Positions 49,439 to 62,399 of a stretch of DNA of 64,000 nucleotides are shown in pieces. Below the pieces are notes generated by a model. That model saw nothing but the letters and a program-made list of their open reading frames with translations, made no database searches and was not told the origin of the DNA. The stretch's first letter is position 1, and each line of letters opens with the position of its first letter. Made by a program: the position numbers and the translations under genes. This DNA is from Stegostoma tigrinum (Eukaryota), in NCBI RefSeq assembly GCF_030684315.1, contig NC_081387.1, positions 16,771,409 to 16,835,408 of the forward strand. The letters are read 5' to 3'.

Positions 49439-49954
49439 CTGAAGGCGGAGAGAATTACTGTTTATTGCAGCAAAGTGACAACATCTGGATAATAATGCGA
49501 ACATTGCTTACACTGGACGAACAACAGCAGGATTAAAATTGATATTTAGTGTACCCTACACATTTTAACTTCATACTATGAACCATTCAGTGCGATGTTG
49601 GGAACACCCCACTCAATCGCTTTCTGTAACTCCTGGCGCCTATCCCGCCGTCATTAACAACCTGCGGTAACATTTCACTGGTGTTTGTGGGATGGCCAAA
49701 CCTCTTCACCACAGTGAGGAAGCGATATTGGGAGAACGCAGAACTCCTTCAGAACTGGGTACCAGCCGCCGTCCTGCCTGTGGGAGCCATTCCAATGGGC
49801 TTTGATTCAACACATTGTAATAATTTGTAGAGCCACTCAGGACAGAAAGAGGCCGCGCTACACAATCTGCCCCTTGGGAAGAAAGACCACGACAGGCAAC
49901 CCCCCATTTAGTAACATTTGCTCACTTCACCCTCAACAAGTGGCAAAAAAAATC

Positions 49955-50410
49955 AAATCTGCCATAATTGGTCAGAACATTGAGTACAGGAGTTGGGAGG
50001 TCACGTTGCGGCTGTGAGGGTCATTCGTTAGGCCACGTTTGGAAAACTGCGTCCAGTTCTGGTTCTCCCTGCTAGATGAAAGATGCCGTAAAACTTGAAT
50101 GGGCTTAGAAAAAATGGGGTAGGGGAGACCAAAACCAGAGGGTATAGGTTTCAGACGAAAAGGGAAAGAGTTAAATGTGACCTAAGCAACAATTTTTTTC
50201 ATTGACATGTGGTGCGTGTATGGAATGAGCTACCAGAGGTTATGAGGACTAGTATAAATACATTTTAAAGGCATCAGGGTAGGTAAATGATTAGGAAAGG
50301 GTTAGGGGGATCTAGGCTAAATGCTGGCAAATGGGACTAGTTTAATTTAGGATATCTGGTCGTTATAGGCAAGTTGGACGGAGGGGTCTGTTTCCGCGCT
50401 GTGCAAATCT
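49955..50410 (+). mobile_element. CR1-type LINE fragment in gene B intron 1
   Basis: IEYRSWEV.. and 3' UTR shared with 53100-53840. Confidence 0.72.
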
Positions 50411-50686
50411 CATTTGGTAATAACTCCCAGTGATACATGTGCAGGTAATTTTAAAAATAAGGTCACCGGACCCGAAATATTAACTCTGTTTTCTCCCTCA
50501 CAAATGCCACCAGACCTGCTGAGATTTTCCAGCAACTTTGTTTTTGTTCCTGATTTACAACGTCCGCAGTCCTTTCGGTTTTTATACAAAGTTTGATGCA
50601 CCACTTCAGACGATTTCTCCAAATCTTTTGCAATCTAATTCAGTTTGAAAATACACATTTTATAGATTAATTGTGGCAACACCCAC

Positions 50687-50762
50687 CGAGCAGTGTGAAG
50701 GGATTGAGAGCAAGAAGACAGACTCCACACATTCTGGCGATCCCATTTCTCCGCGGTGACAT
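50687..50762 (-). CDS. Gene B exon 1: signal peptide MSPRRNGIARMCGVCLLALNPFTLL
   Basis: ATG at 50762, hydrophobic leader, phase-1 donor CTC G|gtgggt; joins the V exon in frame (..TLLA-AVTLRV). Confidence 0.72.
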
Positions 50763-50924
50763 TCTGTTCCAGGTTCTGTGCAATTGCTCACGGTTGAGTT
50801 TTATTGGAGGGGTTTTTCAGGCAGCGACAAATGTAGAAGCATCGGCACTTCGGCAATAAGCCTTTTCAAACACTTTTGTGCGGAGCGCTGGTGAGGTTCG
50901 GCCGCAATATGCTGAAATGCAAGC

Positions 50925-51020
50925 CTTTAATTTCGCTTTAATCTGTGGTCAGCCTCAGAAATAAACTGCCAGCGTTTCCTGTGTTCTGAAACGTGAATAG
51001 ATGTTCAAGTTTTCGTTTTG
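50925..51020 (-). promoter_or_regulatory. Candidate proximal promoter of gene B with IRF-, RUNX- and ETS-like motifs
   Basis: AAAGCGAAA (50931-50939, minus), TGTGGTC (50944-50950), CAGGAAA (50975-50981, minus), AAAACGAAA (51011-51019, minus), 170-260 bp upstream of the ATG. Confidence 0.35.
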
Positions 51021-52190
51021 GTGTCAGAGGGTAAAATTTCTATGAGGCTTCACAATCTTCTGCTGGAACGTAGCTCCACGGAAGAATAATGTGTTCTAAC
51101 TAATATTTGAGTTTAAGAAATACACTTATTCCAGAAAATTTCTGAAAGGAAATGTGTCACATGACATCTCAATTTGTCATTACACGAAGTGATACACCAG
51201 ATAAGGCATTCAAGCTAAGGCCATTCAGCCCCTCCAACCTGTTCCATCATTCAGTGAGATCATACCACATTTTAACAAAAAAATCTCAGATTCAAAGTTA
51301 ACAACAGATCCTGAATCTATTGCCGTTTGTGGAAGAGAGTCCCAAATATTACCACCATGTAAAAGTCTACCACAATTTGTATCATTAAATTTACAATTCT
51401 CATTGCATATCAAACAATTTACAATTCTCATTTCGAATCAAACAATTTTCTCTATAATCTGAAAGCCGAAAGTGCTAGAGCAAAACAGCCGGCTTAGGCA
51501 GCACATGTGGAGAGAGAGAAACTTGAGTTCGCGTTTCGAGTATGACTGTTCCGAGTAATAATATCGGATTCAAAATATCGACCCTTGTTTGCCGCTCACT
51601 AAAGATGCTGCCCAGATCTGCTGCGTTTCTCCTGCACTGCGATTTCTGTTTTTATTTCAGATTTCCAGCATGTGCAGTACTTTATAACTCGTTGTACATG
51701 GGTTATGGGTGTGGGTGGCTATTTATATCTTGCCCTTCACTAATTGAGCTAGAAAAGGTGGTGGTGAGCTGCCTCCCTGAATTGCTCCTTTGTGTGTAAG
51801 GGCAACCACAGTGCTGTTTGGGAGGGAGTTCCAGGGTTTTGACCCAGCAAATACGTTGGAATGGCAAAATACTCCCAAGTCAGAATGGTGTGTGGCTTGG
51901 AGGTTGGTGTCCTTCCAGCTGGTAGAGGCCATCCCTATGGAAGTTCCTGCTGGAGGAGCTTTGGTGAGCTGCTGCTGTGTAACTTGTAGATGGTAGACAT
52001 TGCTGTCACTGTGTATCAGTGAACTGACTACATCTTCTGAAGATTGAAGGGTTTTGGTGAGGTGATAAGCAACTGGCCCATTCTGTCCTGGACGTGAGCT
52101 CATGAAAAGAAATTTAAATGAGGGGGAGGTGATGATCTAGTTGTATTACCACTGGATTGTTAATCCAGAGACCCAGATAATGTTCTGGGG

Positions 52191-52481
52191 AGATAATGAG
52201 AACTGCAGATGCTGGAGAATCCCAGACAACAAAGCATGAAGCTGGATGAACACAACAGGCCAAGCAACTTCTTAGAGCATAAAAGTTGACGTTTCGGGCC
52301 TAGACCCTTCATCAGAGAGGGGGATGGGGAAAGGGCTCTGAAATAAATAGGGAGATTTATTTCAGAACCCATTCCACATCCCCCTCTCTGATGAAGGGTC
52401 TAGGCCCAAAACGTCAACTTTTGTGCTCCTAAGATGCTGCTTGGCCTGCTGTGCTCATCTAGCTTCACACTTTGTTATCTC
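52191..52481. mobile_element. Palindromic non-autonomous Penelope-derived element with two hammerhead motifs and a 13-bp TSD
   Basis: Arms approx. 52225-52348 and 52355-52481 are inverted; flanks taatgttctgggg (52178-52190) and taatgttccgagg (52482-52494). Confidence 0.85.
52288..52315 (-). ncRNA. Minimal hammerhead ribozyme motif
   Basis: CUGAUGA-A-GGGU(CUAG)GCCC-GAAA-CG-UC: intact core, 4-bp stem II, palindromic ACGU in place of stem III. Confidence 0.7.
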
Positions 52482-53099
52482 TAATGTTCCGAGGACTCCG
52501 GTTTGAATCCCAAGCATGGCAGAATGTGGAATTTGAATTCAATAAGTATCTGGAATTAAGAATCTAATGATAACCATGAATCCATTGTCGATTGTTGAAA
52601 AAAAAACATCTGGCTCACTAATGCCCTTTAGAGAAGGGAACTGCCATCCTTACCTGTTTGGCTTACATGTGACTCCAAGGTGAGCAATGTGGTTGACTTT
52701 GAGCTTCCCTCTGGGCAATTAGTAATGGGCAATAAATGCTGCCCAGCCAAAGACGGCTCTCATCCTGTGAATGAATAGGGGAAATGATGCAAGGGAAAGT
52801 GCACAAATGTTCAGTACAACCAAACATTGAAGCTGGTACTTACTGAGTCAATATCAGTAACTATGCAGGTACATTACTGCATTCCTGACTGTACAGAAAC
52901 ATTATCTAATTACCTGCCACCCCCACCTCCCCACAGCACCACTACCACCCCCTTCCCATTACCCCCCGCCCCCATGCACCTTGTGAATCAGTGGAATTCT
53001 GGTAATTCTTTCAGAGAGTTGATTGTACAAACAGGAAACAGATAAGACCTCAGGTCATAGACCAAATAAAAAGCAAATCTTCAAAACTAGGCAAATCAG

Positions 53100-53840
53100 G
53101 ACCGGACTTATGCACTTAGTATGGTCCTGGGGAGCGTTGCTGAACTAACAAACTTTGTAGTGCAGTTTCACAGATCCTTGAAAGTGGAGTCATGTGTAGG
53201 TAGAATAGTGAAAATAGTGAAGAAGATGTTTGTTTATTGGTCAGTGCATTGAGTATAGGAGTTGGGAGGTCATGTTGCGGCTGTACAGGGCACTAGTGGA
53301 GCCAAATTGAGAATACTGCATTCAATTTTGGTCTCCCTGCCAAAGGAATCACGTTGTGAAACTTGAGAGGTTTTAGAAAAAATTTACAAGGACGCTGCCA
53401 GGGTTGGAGGGCTTGTGCTACAGAGAGGCTGAATAGGCTGAGGATATTTTCTCCAGACCTAAGGCTGAGGGGTGACCTTACAGAAGGTTATAAAATCGTG
53501 AAGGGCACAGATAGGGTGAATAGCCAAGGTCTTGTCCTTGGGGTGAGGGAGTCCAAAATTACAGAGTGTAGATTTAAAGTGAGAGGAGAAAGATTTAAAA
53601 GTGACATAAGGGGCAACGTTTTCAGGCAGAGAGTGGTGCATATATGGAATGAGCTGCCAGAGGAAGTGGTGGAGGCTGGTACAATTACAGCATTGAAAAG
53701 GCATCTGGATGAATAGGAAGGGTTTAGAGGGATATGGGCCAAATGCTGGCAAATGGGGTGAGATTAATTTAGGACATCTGGTGGGCATGGACGAGTTGGG
53801 CCAAAAGGTCTGTTTCCATGCTGTGTGTCTCTATGACTGT
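53100..53840 (+). mobile_element. CR1-type LINE 3' fragment
   Basis: RLRGDLTE..RFKVRGERFK..FRQRVVHIWNELPEEVV. Confidence 0.82.
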
Positions 53841-53989
53841 TTGACTTTAGGACAAACTGAAAGAGTCCACGCAGGAAACTGAAGCCTAGTCTGAAACTAA
53901 CAACAGTTTCTTGACACTAGACAGTGAATTTCCCCAGTGGCACCATATGCAATTAAACAGGAGGCTAACAGGATAAAGGTGCTGCTAGA

Positions 53990-55930
53990 GAAATCGACGA
54001 AATCTGCCCTCCTTACCCGGACTGGCTGTTATGTGTGTCCAGATACACAACAATGTGGTTGACTCTTAACTGCCCCCTAAAGTGGCCCACCGAGTCACTC
54101 AGCTGTATCAAACCACCGCAAGGTCTAATCAGACTGAACCTGAGTGGACCACCCAGCATTGATCTAGGCATCAATAAATATCAGTAGCAAGGATAGATGC
54201 CAGGTCCACTGTGCAGGGCTGTGTTTGCCACAGTCATTTCATCTGCATTGACATGTGGAGGCTCAAGCCAAAATTGGGAGAGCTGTCCGTTCAGATTACT
54301 CAAGACAATGGCCTGACGTAGTCATCCTCATAAACCATACCTTACAGACATTGACCCCCACTGCCTTCACCATCACTGGGTCCCACAGTCAGGACTGACA
54401 TGGCAGCACTGGTGCCACTGTGGTGTACAATCTGGGAGGATTTGCCCTGAGATTTCTCAGCCTTGTCATCAGACCTCACTGTTTGTATTGAAGACTGGCT
54501 ATTAAATCTACAGCTGTTTACCATTCAGCCCTTCTTTGGCTGATGGGTCAGCACCTCCTCATGCTAAACACCATTTGGAAGAAACACTAGGGGGTTGGTG
54601 AGGGTTCAGAATGGACTCTGAGGGAGGGGGCATCAACGTGTAGGACCAAAATTGCCTCAGTAGTACACAACTGATAGAGCTGGCCATGTCCCAAAGTACA
54701 TAGTGGCTGGATCGGGCCTGCATCAGATGGTGAAGGAAACACCGCAAGGGATACACATTTCTGACTACATTCTTACCAATCTACCTGTCACAGTTAATGT
54801 CAGTATTGGTAGGTGTGACCATCAACCACATAATCCTTTTCAAGGTGAAGTCCCATCTTAAACAGGACACACATAAATCACTGGGCAATGGAACTTGTAT
54901 TCAAGCACAGTCTATGACTTAATAGGCCAATGTATACTCCAAGCTTCCATTTCCAGCAAGCCAGGAAATCAACCCTCGTTCAAAGGAGAGTGCAGGAGAG
55001 CATGGTAAGTGGCAGCACCAGGAATACCTGAAGATGAAGTGCCTGCCCTGTTGAAGCTACAACGCAGTCCTACTTACAATGTCAAACAACAGAGCCCAAC
55101 TGATCCCACAGGCAACAGATTAGTTCTAAGGTCTGGAGACATACCACATTTAGTCAGTGCTGGACAGTTTAACAATTAACAGGAAGTGCAAGCCCATTCC
55201 TCAATGATAAGGTTGTCTAGCATGTCAGTGCAAAAGACAAGACATCCACAGTAGCAAGGACAGCTGCCGGATTCACTGCGAAGGATTTGCATCCACAGAG
55301 GTGTTGAGTGGTCGATCCATTCTAAGCTCCTCCACCGGGTCCCACGCTACAGAGGCGGCCTTCGCGCAGTTCAATTCAACCCAACAGATTTCAAGAAATA
55401 GCTGAGACCACTGCAAAAACTTACAATGATAAAGTCAGGTATGTCATTGAATAGTCTGAACTTGCCTGGATATCTGCAGCTCCAACAACACTCCAGCAAA
55501 CGTTTTGACGACGCCCAAGAGGTAACAGACTGATTGATCGACGCAGCCCCCCCACCCCTTCAATACTGACTCCCTTCACCACTGTTAGACAACCTGCCAC
55601 AGTGTGTGCCATCTGCAAGGTGCACTGTAAGTCTGCTTCAATGGCACCTTCCAAACCCACATCCTCTCCCAAGGACAAGCATGGCAGATGCAAGCTCCTT
55701 CCTCTCTGAGCCACACATCATCCCTGAGGTGGAATTACCTAGCTGCTCCTTCACCTTTGCGAGGTTAAAATGCTGGAAGTCTCTTCCTAACAGCATCATG
55801 AGCATCTTATTCCCTTTTCTCCACTGCAGCAGTACCAAGGCAACAGCTCACCACTGCTTTCTCAAGGGCAGTGAGGGACAGGCAAGAAATGCTGAATGAA
55901 TCAACAATGCCCACATCCCATGAATAAATA
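53990..55930 (+). mobile_element. Highly decayed CR1/L2-group LINE relic
   Basis: 3' tail shared with 39300-39650 and 62900-63260; fragmentary upstream similarity. Confidence 0.5.
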
Positions 55931-56014
55931 TTTTCTTTATAGAAAAATAAAGTATCCAGTATGTCAAGATGCCAACCTTTGGCTAAAGCACTGCACGATA
56001 GCTAACAGTACAAT

Positions 56015-56292
56015 CAAAGAATCCCTACAGTGTGGAAGCAAGGCATTCAGCCCATCAAGTCCACATTGACCCTCTAAAGAGCATCCCACCCTACAACCCA
56101 GCATTTCCCATGGCTAACTCACCTAGCCCGCTTGTCCCTGAACACCACAGGCACCTAACCTGCATATATTAGTCTGTGGGAGGAAATCCACTCAGTCATG
56201 GGGAGAATTTGCAAACTCTCTACAGGAGGGTGGAATCGAACCCAGGTCCCTGATCCTGTTGGGCAGCAGAGCTAGCCACTGAGCCACCATGC
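56015..56292 (-). mobile_element. HE1-type SINE
   Basis: Reverse copy with gctagccactgagccaccatg head. Confidence 0.78.
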
Positions 56293-57461
56293 TCTGGAGG
56301 CGTCATGGTCTCTGAGCGATCCTGAGCCACACAGAATGAGATGGTCTGAGGTTTTTCTTTTCCACCTGTCTTTAAACCAAACAGTTCTGAGACATTTATG
56401 CAAACTTCTGGAACAGATGTGACCTGAACCCAGGCCTCCTGACCCAGAGGCAGGGATGCTACCAGTGCACTACAACAGTCCATCTGTCTTTAAAGAATCA
56501 ACTGATCCCAGCTGGGCAGCAATTGGAAGCTACAACAACAGTCAAGGCCCTTAGAATGGAAGAACTCTCACTGAAGTTTTCCTTAAGGTGTCTCACACAG
56601 GTTTACATTTGAAATGCCTCACTAAATTTCAACAAAATACAACCTACAGCATAATTTGCAGAAGAATTGCAATGGCTGCCTTCAAGGCAGAGATCAACAA
56701 ATTCTTGATCTCAGAAGGAATCAAGGGCTACAGGGAGAGTGCGGGGAAGTGGTGTTGAAATGCCCATCAGCCATGATTTAAATGGCGGAGTGGACTTGAT
56801 AGGCCGAATGGCCTTACTTCCACTCCTACGTCTTATGGTCTTATGGTCTTATGGACTGTATGTTATCTTAGCTTTTAATAGACTGTGAGGTCTGTGCAGG
56901 TGGGGTAACCTCTTGACAACGTTCCAAGTTGAAGTCCTTCACTATTCTCACAAGCTAGGGACAGATTTTAGATTACTTTACATTCCTTTACTAATGTTCA
57001 GCCTTGCCACCTGTGGGGTAGCTTTGTTCAATTCTCCCTCACATTCTGCCACTGTAACCTCTCTCCTAGTTCCTTCACTGATCCCCTGCTGCGGTGCGAA
57101 CTCCGAATGTATATGTTTGTACATTGACAGACTGGATACCAGGCCCATATAAAGTCCTGCCTCAGAGACTGAGTTGGTCACTGGTTCTGTGGAGGGCAGG
57201 AAATCTGCTTGCTTGCAGTTAACATGCACCCAATCTGCTTGTTTTTTTAAAATTCTCTTGCTTTCCTGCGGAATTAGAGCTATTTGTAATGTTTCCTTTA
57301 TTTATACCGGAAACATCAATGTGTTTAAAAGTTCAATGCATCATACAAACTCACTCAGCAAGACACACACACACGCAGATACACGCATACACTCAAACAC
57401 AGACACACACACACTTATGATCACACTCACTCAGATGCATATACACTCACACAGCCTCACA

Positions 57462-57464
<3 letters not shown>

Positions 57465-57543
<79 letters not shown>
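57465..57543. repeat. (CA)n microsatellite
   Basis: Pure AC run of about 79 nt after a degenerate CA-rich tract. Confidence 0.98.
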
Positions 57544-57544
<1 letters not shown>

Positions 57545-59297
57545 CCATGAATCCATTCGATCACAATTGCCAATGTTTCCATTTGAAGACGAAATAACAC
57601 TGAAATGTGGCAGAACTTGACCAGGGATCGTCAACATATCTGTTTAATATCCCTCCCCCAGAGGAGACAATGTCAGCGGTAATTGAAACACAAGGAAAAA
57701 GCATATGGCAGAGGCTGTTTCATCTACAGGTATGTGACAGGACATACCCAGACAGTTTTTCACGTTGTTGAATTGGTGCAAATGTTGTAGCTGTGCTGGA
57801 ACAGCGAGGATAGAGATAGGATAGAGGCACAGGTAATATGGGAGCATAAGTCTTCAGTGTTTCAGGTGGTTGTCAGACCTCCATCACCTTTGCTGCATCT
57901 GGTGGCATCAGCTGTATTTTGATATCACATGGGGTGAACTAAATTGGCTGCAGACTGACAGCGACAGTGTTGGGTACTTCAGGAGGTGGCTGAGATGGAT
58001 AATTCACTTCTGGTTGTTGAAGATGGTTGCAAATGCCTCAGACTTGTGTCATGGCGAATGTGGGTATTTGTAGAGCCTTGTCCTCCTCCCATTGTCTGCT
58101 AATTGGCCATCACCATTCATGGCCAGGAGCGGCAGGACTGAAGAAGGATGATCTGATCTGATGGTTTGTTTGATTGCTTAGCTCAGTACTTGCATCATGT
58201 TCAGCTTACAGAAAATTATAGCTTCAGGAGGCCAGCAACCCAACTTTAGAATGTGTCCGGTGTTACACTGCTCATGTATCCTGGCTAATGGTAGCGGGCG
58301 GCATATGCCACTAGATTAGAATCCATCCCACTTAGTGCAGCGGTAATACTGTACTACATTATTCTCAGAGTGAAGGCAGACATCTATGCTTCCACCTGCA
58401 CTGTGTGGTGGTCATTCCCACTAGCTCCTGGTTTGAGCTGCTCAATCAGAAACAGCCTGATTGCTGAGTGGGTGCATTTAGTTGGCTCACATCAGCTCTC
58501 TCGCTGCCTACCGTAAATCCATGCTGAGATCGGGTGGTTTTGGTGAGCTTATCATGGCACACAGTCCTCACACTGCCCTCTCCTACTCACTAACTGGTGA
58601 TACTAGGCAGGCACAGGGCTGGGCTGATGTGAAACCAAGACTGTTCTGTATAGATCTGTGGGAATTAGGAGCAGAAGTAGGCCATTCAGCCCTTCGAGCC
58701 CCCTCCACCAATCAATATAACCATGGCTGATCTTATCCCAATCTCAACTCCACCCTCCTGCCTGCGCCCCCATTTTTCATCAGAAACAAATATATTTCTT
58801 TCTTGAATTTGGTGATTGATTCTGCGTCCACTGCACTCTGGGGAGTGCCACTGACCCTCAGAGAGAGGTACTTACTCCTCATCTCACTGTAATTATTAAT
58901 TGGGCCAACTACTGCTCAGACTGTGAGTCCTGCTGATGCTGAATAGGCATAGCTGTGGCTGATGGACTTTGGGGGGGCCTCACACACTTGCAGAGTTCCA
59001 GTTCCTACTGCAGCACCCACCCCTCCTCCACAACCCGTGCACCCCCCCCGCCCCTGCTTCCGCCCTCAACTGCTATGATGTCACGGTGGCAGGATCCTTG
59101 CCTCTAGATGAGAAAGGTCTTGTTTGAGTCCCATCTGTCCCATGACTAAGTCATAGCACATCCCTAATGGGTTGAATCAAATTATTTCAGACTGCTCCCC
59201 ATTGCACCCTGTGTGAACCAAATGCTGCTTTCTCCGAGAGCCCGGGGCTACCCAGGCTAGTGCGGATCCTCACTCACTGGTATGGCTAAGGTTACCC

Positions 59298-59299
<2 letters not shown>

Positions 59300-59334
<35 letters not shown>
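59300..59334. repeat. (CT)n microsatellite
   Basis: Pure CT run. Confidence 0.97.
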
Positions 59335-59337
<3 letters not shown>

Positions 59338-59949
59338 CTGTGAACCAACGCCTACTCTCAAATTTCCACAGGGAAATGGGAAACCATTGAAAGGGAAGGA
59401 TAATTACAGGTAGAAGAAGAGAAAGCATCATTTCAGGACTTGACATTGCGAGTGTGAACTAAACATCACCCCAGAAGCAGCCAACTGGTGTCAAATCATC
59501 AGCCTCTGAGTGTGTGAATGAAACGAGGATGAGAGTTTCTCTTCCTCAAACTGGTTTCTCTGCGAGCTTGACACTGAATTGATACAACCTGACCCTCTGC
59601 TGGCTGATGGGTGCAACTACTCAAAAAAAAGGGGTTGAATAAATTCGTGGAGTTTCTGACAGAGATTGAAATGATCGAGGCAGAGCAATTACTCAGGCTT
59701 GAAATTGTTCACCCCCAAGTTGGGTACTCACAGTTCCCACTGTGATAATGAGAGGTTGTGAAAGCAATCAAGCAGGACTTATGGTATAAAATGATGACCT
59801 GGGTTTGCATCAGCAAAGAACAAATGTTATCAAAGCAGAAGCAAATTTAGATAACAAAGTGTGGAGCTGGATGAACACAGCAGGCCAAGCAGCATCTCAG
59901 GAGCAGGAAAGTTGATGTTTCAGGCCTAGATCGTTCATCAGAAATGATT

Positions 59950-60400
59950 TCTGTATGTTGGGCTTACTCAGAGGATACCTACCACTGGCAGGTACCTTTA
60001 TCTGAAAGAGCGAAGACAATTTCAGCTTTTGTGAGACCAAATGTACTGTACCAAATTGAAGTCATGCCATTTGGTATGAAAAATGCGCCGGCCACATTTC
60101 AAAGACTAACCAATAAAGTCATTTCGGGATTACCAAATTGTGTGATGTACATCAGCGACCAGGGGATTTTTAATTACACATGGAAGGAAAGTTTGCAGCA
60201 TCTATTGACTTTGGGAAGCAGGTTTAGTGATCAATCTGGCCAACAGTGAGTTGGCAAAAACCCAAGGCACGTTCCTTGGCCATGTTATTGGACATAGACA
60301 GTCAGCCCCTTGCAACATGAAAACAAAATATATTGGGGACCTTCCTGTACAATCGATGAAGAGGGCAGTAGCACCATTACTGAGACTGAGTGGGTTTTAT
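59950..60400 (+). mobile_element. Ty3/Gypsy reverse transcriptase relic
   Basis: WQVPLSERAKTISAF..YQIEVMPFGMKNAPATFQRL..MYISD (decayed YIDD), TFLGHVIG; frameshifted. Confidence 0.85.
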
Positions 60401-60470
60401 GTAGTAGACATTAGTGGGAAGCCAGAGGATCAGGAAGCCTTTAAAAACCAACAGAGAATAACTAAAATAG

Positions 60471-60735
60471 GTATCACGGACCAGACCAGATCCCCTCAAA
60501 ATATTTTAAGGGGGTAGCCTAGACTGTAAAGTTAGATGGGAAGTGCCTGTTCCAAATGCAATACAACTGCTCAAACTGTTCAATGTTGAGCAAAACGCGA
60601 CTTATTTAAACACTGCAATTAAAATACAACCAAAGAGAGAAGAATTTAGAATAGCTTAACTCTATTAGAATGTAACAGAATAGTAGATACAGTAACTATT
60701 ATTAATTAACTGTTTCAAAATCCATTAACACACCA
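60471..60735. mobile_element. Partial LTR-like repeat related to 9931-10660
   Basis: Shared ccagaccaga..ttttaag..cttatttaaacact..ttaaaatacaacc..cagtaactattattaatt. Confidence 0.55.
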
Positions 60736-61494
60736 TTGACTCTGACCATGTGACATACAGACACCAGTACTGGGAGTTAGGGAGTTTCAACATTTTTATC
60801 CAGTAAAGGAAAGGCTTGTAGAAGATTTCCAAGTCAAGATGGTGTTGGATCGGAGGGGATCCAGCAGGTGCTGGTGTTCTGTGCATCCACTGCCCTCTCT
60901 TTCTAGATGGTAGAGGACTGTGGATTTGGAAGGCAACTGTCAAAGGAGCTTTGAGTTGAGCAGTGTGAAGTAAAGACGTCAATTACCCAATGCAGGATAT
61001 GTCCTTGGAGCCATGGTTTTGTATGGTTAGTCCAGTTTCATATTTCATTAGGGTGGCCCCCAGAATGTTGATACTGACAAAGCGTGTATTGGATATTCTA
61101 TTGAATGTCAAGAATAGAATTTTTGTTTCTCTTGTTGAAATGTTCTTGGCCGGGGACTTGTGTGGCACAAATGTTAATTGCCACCTAGTAGCCCATGTTG
61201 TTAATCTGACCCAAATGGCATTAGATACATGAGGGAGGAGAGTACTAGCCATTAATGTTCAACATACACAGGGCAGAGGGGAGAATTTTCCCATAAAAGC
61301 TTAAATACATTCAGGATGGATTAATCAAAGACTGGTCATTCCCATACCATGGGTAAGAGCTGCCCTCCCATGATCACAGATTCCTTGAAAATCGAGACAT
61401 ATTTATGATTGGGAATCTGTGATTGGAGGTGTTAATCCAGAGCCAGACTGACAGCTTGAAAGAAACATTTTAATGAGGTTAGGCAGGCTTGAAT

Positions 61495-62025
61495 ATCCCA
61501 CTTTCAGAATACTGCGTTCAACTCTCATTCCCCGACTGTAGGAAACATGTTGTGGAACTTGAAAAGGGGCAGAAAGGATTTATGAGAATGTTGCCAGGGT
61601 TGGAGGGTTTGAGCTACGGGGAGAGGCTGAATAGGCTGGGGCTATTTTCCTTGGAGCGTCGGAGGCTGAGAGATGACCTTATAGAGGTTGAAAAAATCAT
61701 GAGGGGCATGGACAGGGTGAATATTCAAGGTCTTTTCCCTGGAGTGCGGGAGTCCAAAACTAGACGGCATAGGTTTAAGATGAGAGGGCAAAGATTTGAA
61801 AGGGACCTAAGGGGCAATTTTTTTCATACAGAGTGTGGGTGGTGTGTGTATGGAATGAGTTGCAGGGGAGGTGGTGGAGGCTGGTACAATTATATTTAAA
61901 AGGTGTCTGCAATTGTGTTTCGAAAGATGTGTGCCAAATACTGGCAAATGGGATTAGATTAATTTAGGACAGCAGGTCAGCATGGAGGGGTTGGGCCAAA
62001 GGGTCTGTTTCTATGCTGTACATCA
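61495..62025 (+). mobile_element. CR1-type LINE 3' fragment
   Basis: [34 protein letters not shown]. Confidence 0.85.
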
Positions 62026-62399
62026 TCAGTTTCTCTGCTGAACCGGAGCCAGTTTTGACACAATAATATAACTTTGATTTGGAGAGATTTCTATTACAAA
62101 GATGTATCTTTTGACTCCAAACAACATTGTTTCAGATTGTTCCCATTATAGGAGGAAAAGTGAACTCCCAGTTCTTGCACATCGCAATGTACAATTAAAG
62201 AGAAATTAATATAACAATTAAAATGAAACAGTTAACAAAAGGAAGATTAAAATTCATCTCATTGCAGATGATCATTGCCTGCTATTCATGTGTCATGGTG
62301 ATGTGAATGCTATCCAGCTCTTGCTGCATAAGATGCAGGTATTATCTGAGGAATTGTGAATAGAATTGAATGCTGTGCAGTCATCTACAAAAAAAAATC

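Noticed and set aside
1860-50762. Naming the genes CD47, HEPACAM or VSTM5
   Set aside because: Only family- or architecture-level resemblance; domain counts and sequences do not match true orthologues, so no symbol was assigned
57174-57637. His/Thr- and Cys/Val-repeat ORFs
   Set aside because: Translation of the (CA)n microsatellite
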